64,000 bases of DNA from an uncultured Pseudobdellovibrionaceae bacterium (GTDB lineage: Bacteria; Patescibacteriota; Minisyncoccia; Moranbacterales; GCA-2747515): the NCBI GenBank assembly GCA_964463705.1, contig CAYXCH010000021.1, forward strand, positions 1,162 to 65,161, given 5' to 3'. A program made the position numbers and the translations under genes. This document shows, piece after piece, positions 1 to 7,825 of the stretch (position 1 is the first letter of the stretch; every line of letters begins with the position of its first letter). The notes beneath the pieces were generated by a model, which did no database searches, had not been told where the DNA came from, and was given only the letters and a program-made list of their open reading frames with translations.

Positions 1-2535
1 ACTTCTTCCTGGCTCCCACTTGCCAAACAACGCCATGCTTACTAGATCGTTTGTGCCTAAATCAATTCCAATTCTTAAATAATTGTTAGATTCGCGCAAC
101 TTGGAATTTATATTCTCGTTAAATTCTTGCAATTGCTGCTTGACCTCGTCTTCATCTGCAAAACGAGGATTAAATTGTTCAGCCGGCTGATTTTTTGTAT
201 ACATGAAATGTATATGCATTCTTGATCTGGCGTGCCTGCTTTTTGCGTGTTGTTTTTCTTCTTTTTTAGCTTCAAAATACAGCGAAACCTCGGGGTTTAA
301 TCGTTTTTTATCAATTAAATCTGATCTAATTTTGAGTAACAAATCTTTGAATTCATTTGTAAATCTTTTTGCGTAAGAGATGTTACGAGAAAAATCATAA
401 CCTCCTACCTTCCCAAAATATGCTAGCTCGTCTTTAATAGAATATGAATTTTGATTTTTTAATCCACTATTATACTCTGAAAGCAATCGCATCAATTCTT
501 GTTTGTTGACATGTATTTTTTGCAAAAAGTAGAAAGTTGACTCAAGATCTCGTCTAAATTCTTTTAATGTTTTGTGTGGTTTGTTTAAGATGTTTTGCAA
601 TGAGTTTTTTAACTCTTGAGGCAGCTTTATTGTTGGTGTTTGTTGTTGTGATCCCCTTTTTTTCTTTTTGTTTTCACGCTCTGACCTTTTTGTTGTGTTT
701 TTTATCTTTTTGTATACTTTTGAGGTTACTCTGATTCTTGGGTTGATTTGTAATTTATACAAAAATTTTAGATAAATTTTGATTGTATTAACAACACTTT
801 CTTCTTTATTGTTGTCTGTATTTAATTCTGATAAAAGCTCTGGTGCATTTTTTGCTATAAATTTATTCTTTAAAGCTGACAGAGTAAGAGAATAAAGTAT
901 CATCAATGTAAAATCTGCATTTTTGTTTCGATGCGCGGTTTCTTCAAGAGTTTTTAACTTTTTGAAAGTGAAATCCTTTATTTTGTTCTTTGGAACAAAT
1001 AACGCATGCACATTTTTACAATCAAACTCTTTACCTTTATCAAACCCTAACAATGCCCAATGGGTTAGAAAAAACCTTGCTTTATCTAAACTCTTTTGCT
1101 GAGTAATAAGCCCGCCATTTATTTGAGCTATTATATTTTTTAGAAAAATGAAATCACTGGGCAATCTACGCAATAAACCTGTATAAGCTTGACCGGCTGC
1201 TTGCTTATATTGATTTGTTCCACAATAGGACTCTTCACTGCTATTTTTTTCTTTTTGTTTTTCTTCAGAAACAAAAGCCTTAAATTTATGATCCAACAAA
1301 TCAGGTATGTACCTCCTAAATTTAGATTTAGAAAAATCTTCATGGAGGTTTATAATTTTATTAAGATTATTTAGCTTGTCTTTGTTTTGATCAAGACATT
1401 TTTGAAAATTATTAAACAACACATTCTTATCAACATTTTCACCATATAATTTATATTCTTGCTTAATAAAATCGTTAAATAAATTATCAATATCTTTTTT
1501 TAATTTATTTTTATAAAATTTTCTTAAACAAACAGCCGTCTCCAACAATGGAGTATCAAATATACCTGCGCAACCATTTTCTTGCGCCCATGTTGTGTAC
1601 CCTACATTTTTTAAAATTAAATTTAGGTTGTCTATATTTGCTAATAATTCTTTTTCTCGTTCGTTTTTAGTGTTCTGTTTACGCTTTTCTAAATAAATAC
1701 GAGTCGCAAGTCCCCTTTTACATTCAATCTCTTTAATTTTATTCTCAAGCTCTTTAGGCGTAAAAGACTTGCTGACAGTATACCTATTAAAACTGGCTCT
1801 TAACAATTCTTTTTTATCTTGAAGCACAGTAAAAAGTTTGGTTGTTTGCGCATCTAACTTTTGCGCAGTTATTGTAAAGTCCGACCACTGCTCTGATTGA
1901 GTTAATTTGATTGATTCAATTAATAGTTGCAGAAAAGATATTAAACTTAACCTTCTTTTGTTGCTAAATTCTATTTTGGGGCGTTGCGTAATGAGTTTAA
2001 CCGCGTCTAAAACTCCAGATACCGCGGGTTGAGATTTTGATAGTTCTTCATCAAGAATCTTTAATACAGTTTTGTCATTTTCTTCATCAGCTCTTGCATC
2101 TTTAATTAAATTAGCGACTTGTTTTAAAATCTCAATAAATTGCTCGCGCTCAAAATCTTTTAATTGAGAGAACAAGACATCTCTTTTTGAAGATTGCGGA
2201 TTGATTTCGCGCAACAGTTTGCGCTTAATATTTGGCGATTCTATATTTAATTTGGCAATTGTATTTTGATTAGAATCTATATCTGTTTCATCTTTTCCAC
2301 TCTTTTTTGCTTGTTCAAGATTGTTTTTGTATTCGTGAATTTTTTGCAAATCGCTTATAAAGCTGATTAAAAAATCATGTATAGATGTAAGTTTGTCTTT
2401 TAACTGCTCTGCCTCTTTTTTCAGGTCATCTTGAACTATTTTGTTTAAATTTAGATTCTCAAATATGCTTATAACGCTCTCATCATATGGCAAATACTCA
2501 AACTTAAGCGCTGATATGTATTCATATTTTTTCAT
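1..2535 (-). CDS. Second Cas12a-family (Cas12a-paralog / Cas12a2-like?) effector, partial (C-terminus beyond window start); not in supplied ORF track
   Basis: Hand translation of the reverse complement. ATG at 2535-2533 lies 1 nt after the cas12a stop (2537-2539); an alternative in-frame ATG at 2574-2572 would overlap cas12a by 38 nt. Scanning the forward-strand triplets in this frame I found no TTA/CTA/TCA (reverse-complement stops) from 1 to 2535, so I believe the frame is open, but this was done by eye. The other forward frame is full of stops. N-terminus MKKYEYISALKFEYLPYDESV (WED-I-like, compare Cas12a KTLRFELVPHE). About 830 aa of helical K/N-rich sequence follow, including a basic low-complexity stretch KKIKNTTKRSERENKKKKRGSQQQ. 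RMHIHFMYTKNQ sits in the position of the Cas12a FFFHCPITINFK pre-crRNA-processing motif. FNENINSKLRESNNYLRIGIDLGTNDLVSMALFGKWEPG matches the Cas12a RuvC-I block [30 protein letters not shown]. The sequence then runs off the window. Confidence 0.6.
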   Translation of the reverse strand, partial: MKKYEYISALKFEYLPYDESVISIFENLNLNKIVQDDLKKEAEQLKDKLTSIHDFLISFISDLQKIHEYKNNLEQAKKSGKDETDIDSNQNTIAKLNIESPNIKRKLLREINPQSSKRDVLFSQLKDFEREQFIEILKQVANLIKDARADEENDKTVLKILDEELSKSQPAVSGVLDAVKLITQRPKIEFSNKRRLSLISFLQLLIESIKLTQSEQWSDFTITAQKLDAQTTKLFTVLQDKKELLRASFNRYTVSKSFTPKELENKIKEIECKRGLATRIYLEKRKQNTKNEREKELLANIDNLNLILKNVGYTTWAQENGCAGIFDTPLLETAVCLRKFYKNKLKKDIDNLFNDFIKQEYKLYGENVDKNVLFNNFQKCLDQNKDKLNNLNKIINLHEDFSKSKFRRYIPDLLDHKFKAFVSEEKQKEKNSSEESYCGTNQYKQAAGQAYTGLLRRLPSDFIFLKNIIAQINGGLITQQKSLDKARFFLTHWALLGFDKGKEFDCKNVHALFVPKNKIKDFTFKKLKTLEETAHRNKNADFTLMILYSLTLSALKNKFIAKNAPELLSELNTDNNKEESVVNTIKIYLKFLYKLQINPRIRVTSKVYKKIKNTTKRSERENKKKKRGSQQQTPTIKLPQELKNSLQNILNKPHKTLKEFRRDLESTFYFLQKIHVNKQELMRLLSEYNSGLKNQNSYSIKDELAYFGKVGGYDFSRNISYAKRFTNEFKDLLLKIRSDLIDKKRLNPEVSLYFEAKKEEKQHAKSRHARSRMHIHFMYTKNQPAEQFNPRFADEDEVKQQLQEFNENINSKLRESNNYLRIGIDLGTNDLVSMALFGKWEPGRS

Positions 2536-2536
2536 A

Positions 2537-5500
2537 CTACTTTTTGTTACTGTTAATTTTATAAAGATATTCATCCCAACGATGTTTGTCTATTTTAAGA
2601 TCCGGCTTTTCAGAGCTTGTGCGCACTTCTTGAAGGGCTATGTATCCTTTGCGTGCTATGTTGTATGCGCCAAGATCATCTCCGTTTTTGATAAATGCAT
2701 CTTCTTTGCGTGTATCAAACCCGCATAATGGACACTGTACAAAGTCTGCTTCTTGCTCTTCGCCTGCGCGGTAGTGATTGCGTATTTGCAATACACGATT
2801 TAGGAAATACACAAATGCCTTCCATGCTGTTGCGTATGTGCGTTCATCTTTTTTAAGCAATTCTGGCAACAAATTATCACCACTGCTAAACTCTAATTCA
2901 AAACCTTCAAAAGCAGAACTAAATCCTATAAGCTGACTTTCTGTCGCACCATTGCCAAAAATTGCCTCAAATGCCTTGGCAAAATCATCAGCAGTGAGAG
3001 ACAGAGTGGAGCGTTTGACACTATCCCACACCAATCTATCTACACGAGATGTAATAGTTACTTCTGAACCATCAAATTCTCGTGTATATGTGAGTACAAA
3101 TGCATTACGATTTGTATCATACACAATGGATTTAAAGTGTTTGTTTAAATCTGATATTACTTGGTCTATGTTTTTATACTTGATGTATACATCTTTGCGC
3201 CATCCACAGGTAGGACATGTCTGTGAAGTGTATGCCGGGTCCAAGAAGAAGGTAATACCATGTTGCCCCTGAAGGTCTTTGAGAGAAAGTGTGCCTCGCT
3301 TCTCTTTAGTACACACGAGTTGTGCCGCATCAAATGCATACTGCTGATCTTTGTCTATGATGAGCTCAAGTTTTTGCAGAAGTGCCTTTTGGAACTGCTG
3401 ATACACGCTCTTCTCAAATTGTCCGCCGCGTTTTTGGATAAAGCGGAATGCTAAATTCTCAAGCACAATAATCGCATCATACTCAAGCGCCTTTGAGACT
3501 ATAAAGTGGATAACATGAGAAAGATATCCTTCTTTGAGCTTGGTAATATTCCCGACAGAGCGCCATGTTTTGCGTGCCTCAAGACGCTCACGCTCACGCT
3601 TTTCCAAAAGAGCGTGATAGTCTGTACCGTGTATAGTATTGAGCGAACCCGAGTCAATATGGTTGCCGTCTTTATCAATGAGTGACCAATACAGAAGATG
3701 CTTCTCACCGCGGTCAATACCGAGTATCGCGCATGGCTCTTGAAGGAGCGCTTCGTTTACATGAGTCGTAAATGTTTTGTCGTCTGTGGCTCCTTTATGT
3801 GCGTTAATTTGCACCGGTATGTGGAAAATGAGCTTCCGCTGTGTGTATCGGTGTGCATCATATACCGGCGCATTATCTCTGCTTACTTCTTGTGCTCCAT
3901 TGCTAAGCATCTTCCTTTTTTGGTTTTCACAAGATATATCACGGAAGAAGATTTTACCATCTGCCAAGAGCATATACGGTTGCGGAGTCTGCTTTATATT
4001 TTCATCTGAAAAGAGTGTTTGCCAGATAATCGTATGTACGTTACGTTTTCCGTGTCCTTTACCACAGAGATCTTTGTTACAAATTTTAAAGAGATACAAA
4101 TTGCCACTTTTAACATGCTTCATCAACGCCTCCTCATTAACATTGGCAAAGTAAAAACCCTTCTCTTGTTGCAATGCTGCAATACATGCTTCACGGAATG
4201 CACGTTTAGTTTCAAAGGCTTTGACAACAACACTACGTAATGATGGATAATCATCAAGATATTGAGGGCGCACATTGGTTAAAAATTCTATGCCCTTCGC
4301 GACCCCTTCAGCATCATTCATGTCACTAAATTTTGCACCGTAGTGGTTGAGAAATCCTTTTCCAACCAATGTTTTAAAATCAAGCGTCTTAAGCACCATC
4401 TTTTGCCAAGCACTTTCACTGTCCGTATACATTTTCTCAAAAGAGAAGTTGTTACGCAGGACGCCGAGATATATATCATCTTCATGACGCAAAATCACCG
4501 ACTTTTTGTTAGCAAGTTGACTCTCACTCCATCCACCAAGAAATTGCGGAGAAAAATACACACGCACCTCCTCCTCTGTAGCCAGCTCTTTTGTCAGATA
4601 GTTGCGTGTCTTGTTAAATATTTTTTGAACGCGAATATCCTCAATGAGATATGCAAATTGCTCCCATCTTGCATAGAAATCCTGATCTTTCTCTTCTGCA
4701 GAGAGCTCCTTGAGCACATCAAAATGTTTACTTCCCTTCTTGTCGCGCACACGAAATGTGCGCGCAAGGCGAGACACATCAACAGCCCATTCCAAATAGG
4801 TACGCAAAGCAGCGCGCGCCTCGTCATCAAGGCTACCTTCACGAACTTTCTGCACCGCATTGTCAAAGCCATCAGCAAGCATGCGCACATCCTCAAGCGG
4901 ACGCAACACCTGCTCAATATTATCGCGCCAGCGAGCAAGAAACTCATTCCATGTTGTCGTGCGCCCATCTGCAAGACGGAAGGCATCACCATACTGCTCT
5001 ATATACTCTTTCACCGCTTGTAAGGTTGTGAACCTCTCTTTTTTCTTAAGAACATCGTTAAGTGCCGCCCACTCACTCAACACTGCTTGCGCAACAGCGC
5101 GCAACGATTGTTTGCTGATATAGATTTTTGAAATGTCATATTGATCAATGGTATCAAAAAATGTACTAAAAAACTCTCGCGCTGTGTCGTATAACTCTGT
5201 TATGCGTGGCTTTACTTCAGAGAGCATTGCATAAAGCTCTTCGTCTGACTCTATAGTCTCATAACGCACATCGCGCTCTGTGCCAATTTGGTTGTAGAGC
5301 GTTTGCACCAACGGCAAGCGTTGAGCATGTGTTTGATTGTATGCATTAATTTTATTATTAATCCCCTCTGCACGCACATCACCAACCTCTGCCGCACCGC
5401 CACCGATGATGGTATTATATGTATCTATTCCTTCTTGTGTTAAGACCTTATTATAGAACTCCGGCTTGAAGATTTCTCGTTCATCATCTGTAAGTTCCAC

Positions 5501-6190
5501 TTTCCCGTCAAGCGTACGCTCATAAAGGAGTGCATTCTTTGCAAATATGCGGAGATTATCATCAATCACCCGCGTGGCAACCTGCCCGTGCTTGCCCTCA
5601 TCGCCAAAGTAGTGACCGCGATTGCCCAAGAGGTCATAAAGTTGCGTAAACATACCGCTAAATGCATTGAGGTGGCGCAACGCCTCTTGGTCATTTTCAT
5701 ATTTTCGCTCAAGAATTTTATAAAAATCTTTACTGAGAAGCTTCTTCTGTGAGACCTCTTCTCCATTATACTCGTATGTAAAAGTTTTAACATCATCGGC
5801 AAGCTCTTTGCGGATACGCGCAAGAAGTTGCCACATTTCAGAGATTGTCCTACTGCGCTGTGTAGCATTTTCCGCATTGAGTATTTTCCGTTCCTGCTCT
5901 ATGACAGAGCTAATATCTTCAACACTCAATTGCACTTCTTGTAATGCGCGTGTAATAAAATCAACAATCGCAATGTCCCAGTACTTTTTAATATGCGGAC
6001 GCGCCTCTTGCCGTGCCTGCTCCTCAGGGAAAATCTCTCTTGCTGAAGCTGCGTCAAAATTGATGTATTTACGTGTTGCTTCATGTGGCACAAGCTCAAA
6101 GCGCAGGGTTTTAGTGACGGAGAATTTATTTGTAAATGCACGAAAACTTTGCGAACGAGTAGACGTCGCGGATGGAGATGTCGTAGACAT
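2537..6190 (-). CDS. cas12a: Cas12a (Cpf1) type V-A CRISPR effector nuclease, 1217 aa
   Basis: N-terminus FTNKFSVTKTLRFELVPHEATRKYI (Cas12a WED-I signature). WED-III-like FHIPVQINAHKG. RuvC-I LGIDRGEKHLLYW (Asp codon at 3713-3715). RuvC-II IVLENLAFRF. LYLFKICNKDL...KGHGKRNVHTIIWQTLF (compare Cas12a LYLFQIYNKDF...KGRPNLHTLYWKALF). FLDPAYTSQTCPTCGW (compare Fn YVPAGFTSKICPVTGF). RuvC-III NGDDLGAYNIARKG (compare DADANGAYHIGLKG). CxxC pairs at nt 3206-3217 (CPTC) and 2723-2734 (CPLC). Confidence 0.9.
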   Translation of the reverse strand: MSTTSPSATSTRSQSFRAFTNKFSVTKTLRFELVPHEATRKYINFDAASAREIFPEEQARQEARPHIKKYWDIAIVDFITRALQEVQLSVEDISSVIEQERKILNAENATQRSRTISEMWQLLARIRKELADDVKTFTYEYNGEEVSQKKLLSKDFYKILERKYENDQEALRHLNAFSGMFTQLYDLLGNRGHYFGDEGKHGQVATRVIDDNLRIFAKNALLYERTLDGKVELTDDEREIFKPEFYNKVLTQEGIDTYNTIIGGGAAEVGDVRAEGINNKINAYNQTHAQRLPLVQTLYNQIGTERDVRYETIESDEELYAMLSEVKPRITELYDTAREFFSTFFDTIDQYDISKIYISKQSLRAVAQAVLSEWAALNDVLKKKERFTTLQAVKEYIEQYGDAFRLADGRTTTWNEFLARWRDNIEQVLRPLEDVRMLADGFDNAVQKVREGSLDDEARAALRTYLEWAVDVSRLARTFRVRDKKGSKHFDVLKELSAEEKDQDFYARWEQFAYLIEDIRVQKIFNKTRNYLTKELATEEEVRVYFSPQFLGGWSESQLANKKSVILRHEDDIYLGVLRNNFSFEKMYTDSESAWQKMVLKTLDFKTLVGKGFLNHYGAKFSDMNDAEGVAKGIEFLTNVRPQYLDDYPSLRSVVVKAFETKRAFREACIAALQQEKGFYFANVNEEALMKHVKSGNLYLFKICNKDLCGKGHGKRNVHTIIWQTLFSDENIKQTPQPYMLLADGKIFFRDISCENQKRKMLSNGAQEVSRDNAPVYDAHRYTQRKLIFHIPVQINAHKGATDDKTFTTHVNEALLQEPCAILGIDRGEKHLLYWSLIDKDGNHIDSGSLNTIHGTDYHALLEKRERERLEARKTWRSVGNITKLKEGYLSHVIHFIVSKALEYDAIIVLENLAFRFIQKRGGQFEKSVYQQFQKALLQKLELIIDKDQQYAFDAAQLVCTKEKRGTLSLKDLQGQHGITFFLDPAYTSQTCPTCGWRKDVYIKYKNIDQVISDLNKHFKSIVYDTNRNAFVLTYTREFDGSEVTITSRVDRLVWDSVKRSTLSLTADDFAKAFEAIFGNGATESQLIGFSSAFEGFELEFSSGDNLLPELLKKDERTYATAWKAFVYFLNRVLQIRNHYRAGEEQEADFVQCPLCGFDTRKEDAFIKNGDDLGAYNIARKGYIALQEVRTSSEKPDLKIDKHRWDEYLYKINSNKK

Positions 6191-6256
6191 AAGAGTGTAT
6201 AATAAAACTTTTACGTCTTTTCTTTGCGTGGTCGCCGAAAAGAAAAGAAATCATCA

Positions 6257-6293
6257 CAGAATTATACTCTATAATTCTGTAGAATATTTCTAC
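6257..6293 (-). promoter_or_regulatory. Putative cas12a promoter/operator: perfect 10-bp inverted repeat CAGAATTATA-ctc-TATAATTCTG containing TATAAT on both strands, followed by GTAGA-atatt-TCTAC hairpin
   Basis: Read directly from the sequence. Located 67-103 nt upstream of the cas12a ATG (6190) in the 357-bp intergenic region. The -10-like TATAAT is embedded in the palindrome. Confidence 0.3.
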
Positions 6294-6314
6294 CCTTTTC
6301 TTTGTATAATGAAC

Positions 6315-6390
6315 AAAAAACCTCCCGCAAGGCGGTGCGACCACGCACATTGTAGTGCCTCACGAGAGGATTTTTATGTGCGTGGTCTCT
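6315..6390. terminator. Compound GC-rich hairpins: 12-bp inverted repeat GACCACGCACAT (6339-6350) / ATGTGCGTGGTC (6376-6387) enclosing CCTCacgaGAGG-ATTTTTAT; CCGCaagGCGG flanked by an A6/T6 run
   Basis: On the minus strand this reads hairpin(s) followed by UUUUUU, so it is a likely intrinsic terminator for the upstream minus-strand gene (6548-7102), insulating cas12a. On the plus strand the inner hairpin is also followed by a T-run. Confidence 0.4.
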
Positions 6391-6547
6391 TACAGTATAC
6401 ACGGGAATAGACTATGCTGTCAAAAAATAATATACCTCGAGACCGTTGTCTCTTAGAGGGCTGTATTTTTTAACGGTTTCTTGCCCGGTAATGGCGAAGC
6501 TCCTCAGATCTGTGTATTGCGTATCAGCGTATATATGTCAATACCTC

Positions 6548-7102
6548 TTATGGTGCAAATGTTAATGCAAACAATGCAATGCTCAGTAACAATAGTGTTC
6601 CAAGAATGTAATCGGCAATGTGTTGCGCCCATATATATTGTGGTGGCGTAACAGCATCTTGTGTGTATAACAAGCGGATTCCGTCTGCGTCAATTTCTCC
6701 TCGCGTGTAGCGCTCCATGGCATCAATGCGCCGACGCATGCGACGTTCCAATGCTCGCGCCGTCCGTGCTGTAGATGGTGGTGTCAAAACCAAAATGTGC
6801 ATAATGCGTACAACGGAGACAAATACTGTTGCTAAGGTTGTCCATAGTGTTGCACGTGCCAATGTAACATTCAGTGCAATCATGTAATCAAAAAACAGCG
6901 CCGAAGCAATGAGCAATATCAGTGCCCCACTCAGTATAATCACCGTGAAGTATTGCGTATTGCGTGTGTACGCTCGTCGGGCGTGCGTGTGTGTTGTATG
7001 GAGGCGCCGGATATGTTCTTTCAGTTGTTTGCGATGTTCGTCCAGTGCGCCGAACGCATCAGATTGTGTCATAGGTTCCCGTGTTATCCGCATAGTATAC
7101 AC
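6548..7102 (-). CDS. Hypothetical membrane protein (two hydrophobic segments)
   Basis: ORF with host-like GC content. Hydrophobic stretches ILSGALILLIASALFF and GTLLLLSIALFALTF. No recognisable family. Confidence 0.45.
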   Translation of the reverse strand: MYTMRITREPMTQSDAFGALDEHRKQLKEHIRRLHTTHTHARRAYTRNTQYFTVIILSGALILLIASALFFDYMIALNVTLARATLWTTLATVFVSVVRIMHILVLTPPSTARTARALERRMRRRIDAMERYTRGEIDADGIRLLYTQDAVTPPQYIWAQHIADYILGTLLLLSIALFALTFAP

Positions 7103-7123
7103 GGTGTCCTTTATCGTGTCCAG

Positions 7124-7822
7124 TTATCGTCCACGTCGTCGCCCCCGTTGTGAGACATCGGTAATCGCCCGACGCAATTCTTCCGCGGAAAAGTCCGGGA
7201 ATAATGTTTCCGTAAAATACAACTGCGCATTTGCCATATGCCACATCATAAATCCGGCGGATAGATGTGGTTCTCCACCGGTGCGAATCATTAGATCTAT
7301 ATCCGGCATATCTCCGGTCCAAAGATAAGAACGTAAGACCTCCGGTGTGATATGTTTCTCGGATGATGTCGCCAAACGAGAAACGGCATCGCAGAGTTCA
7401 TCGGTTCCACTATATGCTAACAGCACCTGCACCGTTCGTTGAGTATACGATGCGGTCTGCGCTTCTATTTGAGTAATCAACTGTTGTAATGATGATGGAA
7501 GAAATTCTTCACAGCGTCCGCGAACATGGATACGCGCCTGTAACGTTTCCGCCTCCCGTGAAACGGCGGTCAACGCTTTTGTGTAGACTTCATATAACGC
7601 GTTTCGCTCCACCTCCGGTCGTTTTTGGAGGTTTTCGCGAGAGGAGCCCCACAGCGTCACATGTGTTACGCCCATATCAAAGGCGGTGGTTAAAAGTTCG
7701 CGCAATCGGCGCGCTCCCATTTCATGCCCGCGCCATACGGCAGCCGCATGGCCGTTAAGACGTGCCCACCGCCGGTTTCCATCGGGAATAATTGCAAGAT
7801 GTTTGATTGTTGTTTGCGACAT
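7124..7822 (-). CDS. uppS: Undecaprenyl-diphosphate synthase (cis-prenyltransferase)
   Basis: HLAIIPDGNRRWA motif (compare HVAIIMDGNGRWA) and overall UppS-like length of 232 aa. Confidence 0.85.
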   Translation of the reverse strand: MSQTTIKHLAIIPDGNRRWARLNGHAAAVWRGHEMGARRLRELLTTAFDMGVTHVTLWGSSRENLQKRPEVERNALYEVYTKALTAVSREAETLQARIHVRGRCEEFLPSSLQQLITQIEAQTASYTQRTVQVLLAYSGTDELCDAVSRLATSSEKHITPEVLRSYLWTGDMPDIDLMIRTGGEPHLSAGFMMWHMANAQLYFTETLFPDFSAEELRRAITDVSQRGRRRGR

Positions 7823-7825
7823 AAT

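Noticed and set aside
1140-1374. ORF-track entries 1140-1343 (-) and 1189-1374 (+), the only listed ORFs in the first 2.5 kb
   Set aside because: Both are short and out of frame relative to the uninterrupted 845-codon minus-strand frame I translated. They are most likely shadow ORFs inside the second effector gene.
2490-2535. IGIDLGTN motif of gene 2 as an actin/Hsp70/MreB-type phosphate-1 loop instead of RuvC-I
   Set aside because: The same short motif occurs in DnaK/MreB. Here, however, it follows about 830 aa of Cas12a-like context, and the 20 preceding residues align with the Cas12a RuvC-I flank. It is kept as a caveat, not adopted.
2441-6410. Numerous plus-strand ORFs (e.g. 2952-3272, 4343-5023, 5808-6410) and a minus-strand ORF 4594-4992 inside cas12a
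   Set aside because: They lie antisense to, or out of frame with, the 1217-aa Cas12a ORF and have no recognisable motifs. Treated as spurious.
1-6547. Search for a CRISPR array near cas12a
   Set aside because: No run of two or more direct repeats with unique spacers was found. Only a single GTAGA/TCTAC hairpin exists (6279-6293), which is insufficient to call CRISPR.
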